DNA of 53,100 nt, from positions 1 through 53,100 of IMG/VR virus record IMGVR_UViG_3300027985_001356; one strand, 5' to 3'. Of the stretch, positions 26,341 through 36,592 are shown one piece after another. This stretch comes from a virus (Duplodnaviria; Caudoviricetes). The stretch's first letter is position 1; the number at the start of each line of letters is the position of its first letter. The notes beneath the pieces were generated by a model. That model did no database searches. It saw nothing but the letters and a program-made list of their open reading frames with translations, and was not told the origin of the DNA. The position numbers and the translations under genes were made by a program.

Positions 26341-27309
26341 ATGCCTCAACCAACAGCATCAGATGTACATGTTAACAGACCGCTCACCAATGTCAGCGAA
26401 GCGTTCTTGCAAGATCTTACCGGCTTCGTTGCTCGTAAAGTGTTCCCTGTTGTTCCTGTTTCCAAGCAGAGCGACCGCTATTTTAAGTATGACAAGAAAC
26501 AGTGGTTTCGAACCGACGCCAAAGTTCGTGCACCGTCGACGGAATCCGCTGGGTCCGGGTTCACGATCGACAACACTCCTACGTATTTTGCGAAAGTCGT
26601 CGCTCTGCATAAGGATGTTGACGATCAGATCCGAGCCAACTCGGATGCACCAATCAACCCCGACAATGACGCGACGGAGTTTGTCACTCGTCAGCTAATG
26701 CTCCAACAGGAGCAGGATTGGGCTGCGAAGTATTTCACCACAGGCGTATGGACTGGGTCGACCACCGGGACCGACGTAACCCCAGGTGTTCTCTGGGATG
26801 TTCCGGCAACCTCGAATCCTATCGAAGATTTGCGGGCGCAAATTACCGCAGTAGGCAGGAATTCGGGACTCGAAGCAAACACGCTGGTTCTAGGGAAAGA
26901 AGTTTGGGACGTTCTTCAGGATCATCCCGACTTTCTCGAGCGCATTAAGTTCACCCAGACAGCGATCGTTGCACCCGATCTACTGGCTGCAGTTCTGGGC
27001 CTTGATAGAGTGCTTGTGGCGAAGGCTGTCCAAGACACTGCTGCAGAGGGTGCGGCTGCGAGCCATGCGTTTGTGCATGGCAAGAACGCTCTCGTCACCT
27101 ATTCAGCTCCGCGCCCAAGCCTGATGAAGCCAAGCGGGGGGTATACCTTCGCGTGGACGGGTCTTCTTGGAGCCAACAGCTCAGGGATGCGCATTAAGCG
27201 ATTCCGGATGGTTGAGTTGTCGTCTGACCGTATCGAGGGTGAGAGTGCATATGACCACAAGGTCGTGTCGCCCGAGGCCGGCGCTTTCTTGAGCGCTGTT
27301 ATTTCGTAA
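26341..27309 (+). CDS. Major capsid protein (lambda E-like)
   Basis: LTNVS, VFPVVPV.KQS..Y, SNPIED, NTLVLG, HPD..ERIK. Confidence 0.92.
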   Translation: MPQPTASDVHVNRPLTNVSEAFLQDLTGFVARKVFPVVPVSKQSDRYFKYDKKQWFRTDAKVRAPSTESAGSGFTIDNTPTYFAKVVALHKDVDDQIRANSDAPINPDNDATEFVTRQLMLQQEQDWAAKYFTTGVWTGSTTGTDVTPGVLWDVPATSNPIEDLRAQITAVGRNSGLEANTLVLGKEVWDVLQDHPDFLERIKFTQTAIVAPDLLAAVLGLDRVLVAKAVQDTAAEGAAASHAFVHGKNALVTYSAPRPSLMKPSGGYTFAWTGLLGANSSGMRIKRFRMVELSSDRIEGESAYDHKVVSPEAGAFLSAVIS

Positions 27310-27317
27310 TTGGTTCG

Positions 27318-27363
27318 TATGGGGGCGTGAGCCATTTTCGTTCAGCTCACGTCCCCATATTTT
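27318..27363 (+). terminator. Rho-independent terminator after MCP
   Basis: tatgggggcgtgagc / gctcacgtccccata stem then TTTT. Confidence 0.7.
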
Positions 27364-27377
27364 CAAGGAGATGACCC

Positions 27378-27818
27378 ATGTACAAAGCACTCCGTCCCTT
27401 TAAATATCAGACCGCCAGCGGCGAAATTAAGATAACGGTCCCGGGGCAGTCTATCCCCGAGGCTAGCGGCTGGAAGAATCTCAAGATATTTCTTGAGCGT
27501 AGGTGGATTTGTAAAGAAGGTGAAGAACCGAACAGGCGGCATTATTCAGCAAAGGTTCCCAAGACGGCACCGACAGTTAAAGCTGTGCCGAAAACGAGCC
27601 CCGTCAAGGTTGCCACTAAGGTTGCAACTAAGGTTTCCACCGAGCCTGTTGTTAGAAAGAAGGACAAAGAGACCAGGGAGGCGACTCCTCGAAAGCATAC
27701 TTCCCGAGATCTTGAGTCCATGTCGAAAAAAGAACTCCAGAGTCTCGCCAAGTCTCTGGATGTGGATCCGCATCAGCCTAAAGCCGACCTTGTAGCATCT
27801 GTCTTGGCTGCCCAATGA
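27378..27818 (+). CDS. Basic virion-associated protein with Rho-N/HeH-like C-terminus
   Basis: LESMSKKELQSLAKSLDV...KADLV; KVAT repeats. Confidence 0.7.
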   Translation: MYKALRPFKYQTASGEIKITVPGQSIPEASGWKNLKIFLERRWICKEGEEPNRRHYSAKVPKTAPTVKAVPKTSPVKVATKVATKVSTEPVVRKKDKETREATPRKHTSRDLESMSKKELQSLAKSLDVDPHQPKADLVASVLAAQ

Positions 27819-28282
27819 GCGGACTCCGCCAAAGATTCACGTATTCGGGTGACCCGGCGAATTCTCCAAGGGACGCAGTGCGTTTCTTGGTTGGCGATAC
27901 GAATTTGTTGCGGCCTTTATTGGATGATCGTGAGATCGACTACGCGATTGCCCAGAACCCGAACCCGAATCTTGCGGCGGCGCTTTTATCAGAACATCTG
28001 TTTGGCAAGTTTGCTGCGCAGGCAGATATTACAGTGGGGCCAGTCTCAAAGTCTTTCAGCAAGGCTGCGGAACTGATGAAGGCTAAGGCGGATCAGCTGC
28101 GTGCTGAGGCATGCCGGAACGCCCGCCCGTCTTTCCCTGCGATAGCAGTATCGAGCAAAAGAGTGCTGGAAGAGAATACAGACCTTACGAAGCCATCATT
28201 TGTTATAGGGCTAGCAGACAACCCTTTCGCCGTCCAACTCAACCACAGTTTAGATAACGCTAAATTCCATGGCTTTAGTTGA
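27815..28282 (+). CDS. Head-tail adaptor
   Basis: FTYSGDP..DAVRFLVGDT...LLDDREI. Confidence 0.8.
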   Translation: MSGLRQRFTYSGDPANSPRDAVRFLVGDTNLLRPLLDDREIDYAIAQNPNPNLAAALLSEHLFGKFAAQADITVGPVSKSFSKAAELMKAKADQLRAEACRNARPSFPAIAVSSKRVLEENTDLTKPSFVIGLADNPFAVQLNHSLDNAKFHGFS

Positions 28283-28721
28283 TAAGGATACCGGCTGGAA
28301 GAAGTTCAAGAAATCCCTCCGAAGAATGGGAGGGCTTGAAGTAGTCGTGGGAATTCCCGGGGAGATTGATTTTTCTCGACCGACGACGGCTGCCATTGGT
28401 GCGGTGCATGAGTTTGGATCGACGGATGGGACAATCCCGGAGCGGTCGTTTATCCGGTCTACCTTTGACCAGAATGAGCGCAAATACGACAGGGCGCTAC
28501 AGAAAGAGATAACGAGGGCGATCAAGACTCGCAGTGGCAGCGAGGGGGCCTTGTTTGTTGTTGGAGAGCAAGCCCGTGCTGATGTTATCAACCGGATTGT
28601 AAGCCGAGAAATTAAGCAAGACTTGAAGCCCGCGACGATTGCCCGTAAAGGATCTGATACAGCGCTTGTCGATACTGGCAACCTGGTTGGCTCAATCGAG
28701 GCAAAGGTACGTAAGCGATGA
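28269..28721 (+). CDS. Neck/tail completion protein (virion morphogenesis family)
   Basis: VHEFGS..IPERSFIRST...TIARKGS..LVDTG. Confidence 0.85.
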   Translation: MALVDKDTGWKKFKKSLRRMGGLEVVVGIPGEIDFSRPTTAAIGAVHEFGSTDGTIPERSFIRSTFDQNERKYDRALQKEITRAIKTRSGSEGALFVVGEQARADVINRIVSREIKQDLKPATIARKGSDTALVDTGNLVGSIEAKVRKR

Positions 28722-29080
28722 TCGTCGGCGACCTGTCAGGGGCAGTCTTGGATTGCTCTGTCGAGGCGTTACTAATTCGCCATCTCGCTGTTAATTACGA
28801 AAAGGGGCGAAAGCAGGAGGCCTTGACAGAAGAGTGCGAGATTCACGCCAGCATTTCGCCTATGACCGCAAGAGACTTAAAGAGATTCCCCGAGGGCCAA
28901 TTGGCAGAGGGGACAGTTTTAATCATCACGCCTACCGAGTTGTTCACCGTGAGAACCAGCACCTGTCAGATAGCGGATGTTGTTCGCTACAAGGGTATTG
29001 ATTACCAGATCTCCACCGTCAACGACTGGTTTGATCTGGGTGGGTTTTATGAGGCGGTAGGAACGAGGTTGCCAAGATGA
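28718..29080 (+). CDS. Head-tail stopper
   Basis: Position; PEG, ADVVRYKG.DY, W..GGFY. Confidence 0.7.
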   Translation: MIVGDLSGAVLDCSVEALLIRHLAVNYEKGRKQEALTEECEIHASISPMTARDLKRFPEGQLAEGTVLIITPTELFTVRTSTCQIADVVRYKGIDYQISTVNDWFDLGGFYEAVGTRLPR

Positions 29081-29688
29081 TTGACTGGGCCGCCATAGAG
29101 TGCGCTCTGTTTGATTGGGTAAACCTATCGTTTGATGGAAGCACGAATGATGTATCGCTCGATACGGGCCAGATTGTCTGGAAAGACCAGAATATTCCAC
29201 AGCCAGTGTATCCATATATTGCGCTAAAGAAGAATTCGGTGATCCGTGTTGGCGGAAAGGATGAGATTAGAACATCTACCGATCTGACCAAGCCGCAAGG
29301 TCAGGAGATTGCGCTTACTACAAATGGAGTCCGCGAGTTTACGTTGGGGATTGAAGCCTTTGTTGATGAACAAGCGGGGGCGAATAAACCCAATTGCGAT
29401 GCGATGTATATGCTCAGTATCTTGCAGGGAAGTTTGAGCCAGCAGACGACTCAGGAGACTTTTTGTCTCGCTGGTCTCTCTGTTATCGAAGAATTGGCCG
29501 TTGTCGATTTGAGTGAAGTAGTCAACGGTCGGTTTATCAGTCGGGCGTCGATGGACGTTCGTTTCCGCACCACCTTCAGCTGTATTGAGCGTACTGGGTA
29601 TATCGATACGGTCAGGATTAAATCAGTGCCCTGCGATCCAAGCGGGCCTAACGATGTTTCCGGCGTGGATATCACGGTGGGGACGTAA
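29077..29688 (+). CDS. Tail terminator protein
   Basis: Before sheath; QNIPQP.YPY, RASMDVRF. Confidence 0.75.
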   Translation: MIDWAAIECALFDWVNLSFDGSTNDVSLDTGQIVWKDQNIPQPVYPYIALKKNSVIRVGGKDEIRTSTDLTKPQGQEIALTTNGVREFTLGIEAFVDEQAGANKPNCDAMYMLSILQGSLSQQTTQETFCLAGLSVIEELAVVDLSEVVNGRFISRASMDVRFRTTFSCIERTGYIDTVRIKSVPCDPSGPNDVSGVDITVGT

Positions 29689-29705
29689 AGAAAGAGGGGA
29701 ATGCT

Positions 29706-31085
29706 ATGAGTCTCCAGGATATTGTCAATGTGCAGATCAGCAAGCAGACTGCCACAGTTTCACGGGTGGGATTCGGCGTTCCGCTGATCCTCACGTATCA
29801 CACAAAGGATGCCGGAAGGGTCCTGGAATTTACCAGCGCATCCAGTATGCTCGTTGCCGCGGGAGGCCCGTTTGCAACGACCGATATGGCGTACGTATTG
29901 GCGAATGCGGCTTTTTCTCAAGACCCAAGACCGGACAGGGTCCTGATTGGGCGTCGAGTAAACCCAACAATCAGAACAGTCACTATCACGCCCCGATCTG
30001 GGGTGATTTCGGGGGAGACGTATCCGCTGAACAATACAGCGTATACCGTTACGATCAATGGGACGCCGTTTACATTCACAACGGATGCAACCGCTACGGT
30101 TGCAGAGATTACGTTGGGTCTAACTGGGCTTATCAACGGCGGGACGGAAAACGTCTTAGCGACGGATAATACAACGAGTATTACAATCGCAAAGGCCGCA
30201 ACACCTGGTGGTATCGCAACTGCGGGCGTGCCCTTTACGATCGCCCAAGATCGTAGACTGATGGAAATTGAAGATGTAACCCCAGCGGCAGCAGGTGGGG
30301 ACCTGGCGTCCGAAATAGCGGCAATTCAAGCCGTGAACGATGACTGGTACGGAATCGCTGGAGACTGGTGGGGAACCGTGGAGAATACCGCCGTTGCCAA
30401 TGCCATCGAGGGATTGCCAAAGCTTCACATTGCGGCGACACCGGATGACAATACATACGATGTGGCGGTTACAACGGATATCGGTTCAGACTTGCAAGCC
30501 CTGGCGTTAGCGCGCACCGCTATCTATCATCATCCTCAGCCAGAGCTGGGAATTGCTGCCGCTGTTCTAGGTAAGAACCTTCCTAAAGATCCAGGAAGTA
30601 TCACCTGGAAGTTTAAGACCTTAGCCGGCATTCCGGTTACCGAATACACCGCGGGCGAAAAGACGACATTGGGTAACAAGAATATCGAACGATATATCAG
30701 GATCGCCGGTGTCAATATCACTTGCGATGGTAAGACAAGCTCTGGCGAGTTTATTGATGTTACTCGTTTTATAGACTGGCTGACCGCTCGGATGCAGGAG
30801 AACGTATTTTTCCGTTTGGCAAATTCTGACAAAATCCCATACACGAATCCGGGGATCGGGGTTGCCGAGAACGAGGTGCGGGGGACGTTGAATCTTGGGA
30901 TTAGTGTTGGCGGCTTGGCGGCAGATCCTCCGCCGATTGTGACAGTTCCTAACGCAATTGTCGGATCTCCCAACGGAGTCTCTGCAGTAGACAAAGCGAA
31001 TCGCCTCCTGTCGAGCATTGAGTTCTGTGCAACCTTGGCAGGCGCCATTCATGCTGTCGAAATCAACGGCAAGGTAACAGTCTAA
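29706..31085 (+). CDS. Tail sheath protein (DUF3383-like)
   Basis: IVNVQIS..GFG, FSQDPRP, PGSITWKFKTLAG, FIDV..DWL, KIPYT, LAGAIH. Confidence 0.92.
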   Translation: MSLQDIVNVQISKQTATVSRVGFGVPLILTYHTKDAGRVLEFTSASSMLVAAGGPFATTDMAYVLANAAFSQDPRPDRVLIGRRVNPTIRTVTITPRSGVISGETYPLNNTAYTVTINGTPFTFTTDATATVAEITLGLTGLINGGTENVLATDNTTSITIAKAATPGGIATAGVPFTIAQDRRLMEIEDVTPAAAGGDLASEIAAIQAVNDDWYGIAGDWWGTVENTAVANAIEGLPKLHIAATPDDNTYDVAVTTDIGSDLQALALARTAIYHHPQPELGIAAAVLGKNLPKDPGSITWKFKTLAGIPVTEYTAGEKTTLGNKNIERYIRIAGVNITCDGKTSSGEFIDVTRFIDWLTARMQENVFFRLANSDKIPYTNPGIGVAENEVRGTLNLGISVGGLAADPPPIVTVPNAIVGSPNGVSAVDKANRLLSSIEFCATLAGAIHAVEINGKVTV

Positions 31086-31100
31086 GAAAGGGAATGAATC

Positions 31101-31523
31101 ATGAGCGTAAAAACATATGATCCTGGTTCTGTTTCGATCGTGTTCGCAGGCATTCCCTTCGAAGGATTCGCTGATGGCACGTTTGTAACAGTGGGAAGAG
31201 ATAACCCATCATTCAACTCGATCGTTGGCAGTGATGGTGAGGGCGCCCGGGCGAAATCGAACGATCAGTCGGGCACTGCAACCGTCACGCTGATGCAGTC
31301 ATCCGTGACGAACGATTTGCTCTCTGAGGTGGTGAGGCAGGACGAGTTGACAGGGGATGGGGTTCACCCTCTGCTAATCAAGGACAATTCCGGGGCGTCG
31401 ATCTACCAAGCGGAGACCGCCTGGCTGGAGAAGCCCGCGGATGGCGAATTTGCTCGGGAAATCACAAATCGCGAGTGGGTGATTAAGACGGACAAGCTCC
31501 TTGTCCTAACTGGTGGCAATTAG
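31101..31523 (+). CDS. Tail tube protein (DUF3277-like)
   Basis: TYDP..GFADG..VGSDGE..TLMQSS.TN..REW. Confidence 0.9.
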   Translation: MSVKTYDPGSVSIVFAGIPFEGFADGTFVTVGRDNPSFNSIVGSDGEGARAKSNDQSGTATVTLMQSSVTNDLLSEVVRQDELTGDGVHPLLIKDNSGASIYQAETAWLEKPADGEFAREITNREWVIKTDKLLVLTGGN

Positions 31524-31543
31524 CACGCGCCCCTGCGTGTTTG

Positions 31544-31577
31544 GGGATCTGGGTGGCTCCGCGGCTGCCCAGGTCCC
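31544..31577 (+). terminator. GC-rich hairpin after tube gene (terminator or stabiliser)
   Basis: gggatctgggtggc / gctgcccaggtccc stem with G-U pairs. Confidence 0.5.
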
Positions 31578-31621
31578 TGGTTTGCTTGACGTGTGTCATA
31601 GAAGGCGAGTAAAACCTACTT

Positions 31622-32119
31622 ATGCAAACAGATGGCGTGGTGTCCGAGGATATCGATGGGTTCAAATATCGCGTATATATGCTGGACCCCCTCACTGCTG
31701 CCGATATCTTGGCTGATTTAGGGCAGTTACTAGGCCCATCGTTAGGTTCATTAGGCGGTGTCTTGGCGACCCAAAAGGGCGGCACGATTGAGAATCTGAT
31801 GGAAGGATTCGAAGAAGGCGAGGGTGATTCTGTCGCCTCTGCCTTGGAGAAGGCAATTAAAGAGTTCTTCAGCCGTTTCTCCAAGGAGAAGCAACGAGAA
31901 CTCATTGGGGCAATGATGAAAAAGACCATGATCGTCATGCCTGACGGAAAAGAACCGCCATTGACCGGCCTGTTCAATACGCACTTTCAGGGTAGGACAA
32001 AAGCCATGTACCAGTGGTTCTTTTTCGCCCTAAAGGTCCAGTTCAAGGATTTTTTTTCTGGTCTGGACGGCGGTATAGGCCGCGTGATCGGCCAAGCAGT
32101 GGGGCGAGTAGCCGGGTAG
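31622..32119 (+). CDS. Tail assembly chaperone (G)
   Basis: Between tube and tape measure; FNTHFQG...FKDFF. Confidence 0.85.
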   Translation: MQTDGVVSEDIDGFKYRVYMLDPLTAADILADLGQLLGPSLGSLGGVLATQKGGTIENLMEGFEEGEGDSVASALEKAIKEFFSRFSKEKQRELIGAMMKKTMIVMPDGKEPPLTGLFNTHFQGRTKAMYQWFFFALKVQFKDFFSGLDGGIGRVIGQAVGRVAG

Positions 32120-32319
32120 TAATCCCAGAGCATCTTCTGAAATACTCGTGTGTCTGGAGATTGGTGAATCGCGGGATAGCCGAGTATAGTGATATCATGC
32201 AGCATTGGGATATCAACGAGGTGATGACGGCCAATGAATGGCTCGATATCCGCGATGATATGGAATGGCTCGATGCTGAAGAGCAGAGACAGCAGATGAA
32301 GAAGGCCTCGCGGAGGTAG
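32050..32319 (+). CDS. Tail assembly chaperone -1 frameshift extension (GT)
   Basis: T TTT TTT at 32050-32056; -1 frame open to 32319. Confidence 0.75.
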   Translation, partial: FFFWSGRRYRPRDRPSSGASSRVVIPEHLLKYSCVWRLVNRGIAEYSDIMQHWDINEVMTANEWLDIRDDMEWLDAEEQRQQMKKASRR

Positions 32320-32322
32320 TTT

Positions 32323-33846
32323 ATGGCACTGCGCGAACTGCTATTAAAGCTTGGTATAGATGTTGATAAGGGTGGTGTAAGAAACGCCGATGCCGCGCTC
32401 GGCAGCCTCAAAAAGGCCGCGGTTGCAGCAGGTGCTGCTTTTGTAGCATTCAAAGCGATCAGTGCCATCAAGGGTGTTGTTGACGATGTTCGCGCGATGG
32501 GCGACGAGATCGATAAGACCTCTCGCCAAATAGGGATTGGCGCCGAAGCCCTGCAGGAATTGCGATTTGCTGGTGGCCTTGCCGGTGCAAGCAGTGCCGA
32601 AGTCTCCACCTCCCTCAAGAAGCTTCAGAAGAACGCCTTTGAAGCAGCCCGTGGCACCAAGACCATGGTCGATGACTTCGCCAAGCTTGGCATTAACGTC
32701 AAGGATGCCAATGGGAACCTGAAGTCTGGCGAGCAGCTGATCAACGAAGTTGCAGACGGTATGCAGGGGCTCAGCAATGATACGGAGCGTGCTGCATTAG
32801 CTCAGACTGTCATGGGTCGCGCCGGGGCTAAGCTGGTACCCCTTCTCGTCCAAGGTTCTGAGGGAATCAATAAGATGCGTCTTGAGGCGCGCGAGCTCGG
32901 CGGCGTGATGGATCAGGAGCTCATTGATGCCACAGCAAAGCTTACCGATGACCAGGCCAGGCTAGGGCAGGCTTGGCAGGGGCTCAAGAATGGAATTGCC
33001 AAAGAGGTAATCCCCATCTTTCTGAAGGTTGTCAATGCGATGATCAAGATCGCAAAGGTAATTCGTGGCCCCGTCATCGCTGCCATAAGTGTGATTTCCA
33101 ATATCGTCGGTGGATTTATTGAGGCGATGGAGTTTCTCAATGAGAAATTCGGAGGGTTAGGTACTGTAATTGGCATCGTCACGACAGGGTTGGGTGCTCT
33201 TGGTGCTGCGATGCTCTTGTTTGGTCGTAAGGCTGTGTTTGCAGCGATACGTGTGGCAGCAGCATGGGCGTTGGCAAATCTCCCATTAGTCTTGATGATT
33301 GGCATCATTGGACTGATCTTGCTGATCATTGACGACGTCGTTACGTTTTTTCGTGGTGGTGACTCGCTGATAGGCAGGTTTATCGACAAGATAAGAGGCT
33401 GGGTCAAGGAGGTTGGGGGATTCACCAACTTTGTAAGCGAGCTGTTTAGGAAGTTTTTGACAAAGGTCCTTGGATTCTCGGATGCAACGGCCACCAAGAT
33501 TACAGACGTATTCGAAGTGGTTGTGGAAACAATATCCGACATTATCAGCTCCGTCGGAAAGGCTATAGGTCTTGTACAGGAGTTACTTGGTCTCACGGAT
33601 GATAACGAGGGGCGCGTAGGCGCCGTATCAAGACAGAGAGAATTACGTCGTAGGCGCGCATTCAATGCTGCCGCGGCCACAAGGCAAACGACGCAGAATC
33701 AATCAAATAATACTTCGATCAACGTGAGTGTTGATGCTCGAGGGCAAACGAACCCAGCGGCGATCGCAAATACTGTCTCCAATAAAATATCACGCGCCCA
33801 ATCAAACCGGCAGTCTGCCCAACCCTTTGCTACGGCCCCAAGATAA
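32323..33846 (+). CDS. Tape measure protein
   Basis: 507 aa, helical Ala/Gly-rich, hydrophobic segments. Confidence 0.9.
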   Translation: MALRELLLKLGIDVDKGGVRNADAALGSLKKAAVAAGAAFVAFKAISAIKGVVDDVRAMGDEIDKTSRQIGIGAEALQELRFAGGLAGASSAEVSTSLKKLQKNAFEAARGTKTMVDDFAKLGINVKDANGNLKSGEQLINEVADGMQGLSNDTERAALAQTVMGRAGAKLVPLLVQGSEGINKMRLEARELGGVMDQELIDATAKLTDDQARLGQAWQGLKNGIAKEVIPIFLKVVNAMIKIAKVIRGPVIAAISVISNIVGGFIEAMEFLNEKFGGLGTVIGIVTTGLGALGAAMLLFGRKAVFAAIRVAAAWALANLPLVLMIGIIGLILLIIDDVVTFFRGGDSLIGRFIDKIRGWVKEVGGFTNFVSELFRKFLTKVLGFSDATATKITDVFEVVVETISDIISSVGKAIGLVQELLGLTDDNEGRVGAVSRQRELRRRRAFNAAAATRQTTQNQSNNTSINVSVDARGQTNPAAIANTVSNKISRAQSNRQSAQPFATAPR

Positions 33847-34472
33847 TGGCGACTTTCGTAGATAGAATTAATAACCAAAGGCGGCGTGTTATTGTGAGCT
33901 GGGAAGACAACCCTAGCCAGGTTGTCGAATTCGACGCGGTCACAAGAGAAGGTCATAGTAACCCCGCCGGAACAACAGATCATCCAGTTGAAGGGGGCGT
34001 TGATTTCACAGATCATTATCGTCGTCTTCAAGATGAGCTGACGATATCCGGCGTCGTTACCGACACTCCTATCGTTGTGGATGCATCGACCAATGCAGGA
34101 GCGCCAAATACTGGGGGAGATACGAAAGAGAGGGCCATTAGCGCTTACAATTTCCTCCTTCAAACTCGAGATCAGGCAAAGCTCGTCACAGTGATGACGT
34201 CATTGCGGGAATACCGCAATATGGTGATCACGCAACTCAATGTTTCAAGGGACGCTGAAACATCAAGGATATTGCAAGCCGAGATTAGCTTTCGGGAAAT
34301 CATCATCGCAGTAACCGAGCAAGTCGAGGCCCCCACCCCTGCTGTAACTGCCGCTCCTGCACGAAACAAAAAGCGCCCACAAGGGAAGCGCACTAAGCAA
34401 GCGGAGACTGAGGCAAACAAAGAAAAGAGCAGCAAAAGTGTCCTAGCTGGCCTTGCCGATAGCATCTTTTAA
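33846..34472 (+). CDS. Tail tube initiator / Dit-like baseplate protein
   Basis: FDAV..E.H...TDHPVEGG..TDH, LTISGVV, YRNMVI. Confidence 0.85.
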   Translation: MATFVDRINNQRRRVIVSWEDNPSQVVEFDAVTREGHSNPAGTTDHPVEGGVDFTDHYRRLQDELTISGVVTDTPIVVDASTNAGAPNTGGDTKERAISAYNFLLQTRDQAKLVTVMTSLREYRNMVITQLNVSRDAETSRILQAEISFREIIIAVTEQVEAPTPAVTAAPARNKKRPQGKRTKQAETEANKEKSSKSVLAGLADSIF

Positions 34473-34490
34473 GCGACGAAAGAGGGGGTT

Positions 34491-35378
34491 TTGGCCGATA
34501 AAGTTTTCAAGCGAGATGTAGTTATCACAGTAGGCACTCTTCGCATTGCCTCGAGGTTGCTGGATACGACTCGCGAACAGTTAGGGATATCCACCGAGGA
34601 GATCACCAATATCCTCAAGGCAGAATTCAACATTACCAAGACGCTCAAAAAGGAGCCTAATAAGTGTGAGCTGTCTATCTACAATCTGAAAAAGTCGAGC
34701 CGAATCGCGTTCCAGGCGCGAAAGCAACAGGTTGTTGTTGAGGCCGGTTATCTCGATAATACATCCCAGTTGTTCTCGGGAACACTCGAATATGCCTCGA
34801 GTGTCCATGATGGCCTCGACTGGATTACGACGCTACAAGCCTCAGATGGCACGAAGCAGATGAAGTCTGCCCGTATCAACACTTCGATCAAAGGGCCTGC
34901 GAAAGTCAAAGACGTCCTTAGCACGGCTGCTGCTGCGATGGGGTTGAATCCAGGGAACCTTGCCCGCACGGTGGCAAAAGGTGCCCTGCGTGGGAATCTT
35001 ACAGAGTTTACCAATGGGATTGTCCTGTCTGGCAAAGCTGAGAAAGTATTGGGCGGTATAGCTGAGTCGATGGGTTACTCGTTCTCCGTTCAGGACGGCC
35101 AGCTAATATTCCTCGGCAAGAACGACTCCCTGGGAACCACGGTTCCTGTCATATCACCGTCTACGGGGATGGTAGGCTCCCCGGAGCCAGGAGAGGACGG
35201 CTTTATCAATGTGCGAACGATGATCCAGCCAAATCTTTTGCCAGGTCATAGGATCCGGATAGAATCAGCCTCGGTGCAGGGGTTCTATCGAATAGAACAA
35301 ACTGATTTCTCAGGAGATACCTGGGGGCAAAACTGGTATGCAGATCTAGAATGTCGCCCGCTAGGAGGCGCTTCGTGA
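34491..35378 (+). CDS. Baseplate hub protein
   Basis: FNITKT..PNKC..IYNL, EAGY, SVQDG, TGMVGSP, GDTWG..W. Confidence 0.85.
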   Translation: MADKVFKRDVVITVGTLRIASRLLDTTREQLGISTEEITNILKAEFNITKTLKKEPNKCELSIYNLKKSSRIAFQARKQQVVVEAGYLDNTSQLFSGTLEYASSVHDGLDWITTLQASDGTKQMKSARINTSIKGPAKVKDVLSTAAAAMGLNPGNLARTVAKGALRGNLTEFTNGIVLSGKAEKVLGGIAESMGYSFSVQDGQLIFLGKNDSLGTTVPVISPSTGMVGSPEPGEDGFINVRTMIQPNLLPGHRIRIESASVQGFYRIEQTDFSGDTWGQNWYADLECRPLGGAS

Positions 35379-36073
35379 GTGCCGTTTCCAGAAGCCCTGA
35401 GCTCGAAGAGCTTTTGACCCTGGCAATCAATTCGTTCCTCGAGGATGTTCATACCGGCCTACCGGGGAGAGTGGATGAGTACTTCCCGGAAACCCAGAAG
35501 GCGAACATCAAGCCTCTCATCAAGCGCAGGATTATTCACGAGGACGGATCTGAGCTCCTAGAAGAGTTGCCCGTTATCCCCGACGTTCCGATTGCTTTTG
35601 ATAGAACTGGAAAGTTTTTCATCACCTTCCCTGTGGCGAAGGGGGATCTGGTTAGGCTTCATTTCCTCGAGCGCAGCATAGATAATTATCTTTCTGGAAT
35701 AGGCGATGATACAGATCCAGACGAGTTCAGGCGGCATGACCTGTCTGATGCAATTGCTGTTCCTGGGCTCTATCCATTCAGGAGGTCGATCAAAGACATC
35801 AATTCCGTCAATCTCGTCATGGGTCACGATGAAGGCGGGATCCAGATACATTTGACACCAAACGGAACCATGGAGGTGAAGGTTACGGGGGAATCCGAGG
35901 AGGCCGTTGCTTTGGGGAATGCTCTCCAGTCATTCTGGAATAACTCATTCAAACCAACATTTGACGCGCACATCCATCCAACAGGAGTAGGCCCATCAGG
36001 TCCGCCCGCGTCTCCAGCCCCGGCCTTTGATGCAAAAATCATCTCCAAGGTTCTTTTGGTCAAGGGGCCGTGA
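35375..36073 (+). CDS. Baseplate spike (Gp138-like)
   Basis: HTGLPG, FPVAKGD, R.HDLSDA..PG, C-terminal HIH. Confidence 0.88.
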   Translation: MSAVSRSPELEELLTLAINSFLEDVHTGLPGRVDEYFPETQKANIKPLIKRRIIHEDGSELLEELPVIPDVPIAFDRTGKFFITFPVAKGDLVRLHFLERSIDNYLSGIGDDTDPDEFRRHDLSDAIAVPGLYPFRRSIKDINSVNLVMGHDEGGIQIHLTPNGTMEVKVTGESEEAVALGNALQSFWNNSFKPTFDAHIHPTGVGPSGPPASPAPAFDAKIISKVLLVKGP

Positions 36074-36576
36074 TGGCGTTTAACGTGACAAAGCTAACCG
36101 CCATGTTCGCGGGCCCTCCTACGGTTATCGAATCCGAGGTTATTGATTTCATGGCCACGAAATGGCTCGATTTCTTCTCCGATTCCACTGTTGCAGGATT
36201 CTCGGCGAACGTAGGTGCGTTGAGTGCGGCGGATGCAGCATTCCGAGCGGCGGCCGTAGGGATTTCGGCCTCTGGTCAAGGGGCCACGAAGATGCAAGAT
36301 GCGATGACGGCGTTCTGGGTCGCCGCAATGTCGGCTGCTCCTACTGTTTGGGTTACCGCTCCGGCGATCGTCCCCGGAACAGGCGTTATCCCGTCCGGGC
36401 TGAGCGGGATGGCGTCGTCCTTGTCCCCAGTGTTCGCGTCCAACGTCGCCAGCTCGGCAAGTTTGGCGGCGGCATCTGCCGCGTTAGGGCCCGCAATTAT
36501 TGGCGCCCAATCCGGGGCGACAGTCACTTTAGGACCACCGCCGCCTGGCGGAACTCCATTGGTACCAGTACTCTAA
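36070..36576 (+). CDS. Ala-rich baseplate-region protein
   Basis: Coupled between spike and wedge genes. Confidence 0.7.
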   Translation: MMAFNVTKLTAMFAGPPTVIESEVIDFMATKWLDFFSDSTVAGFSANVGALSAADAAFRAAAVGISASGQGATKMQDAMTAFWVAAMSAAPTVWVTAPAIVPGTGVIPSGLSGMASSLSPVFASNVASSASLAAASAALGPAIIGAQSGATVTLGPPPPGGTPLVPVL

Positions 36577-36592
36577 GAATAAAGGGGGGGGT

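Noticed and set aside
27605-27640. 12-nt tandem repeat
   Set aside because: Encodes a KVAT/KVST low-complexity linker; no spacers, not CRISPR-like
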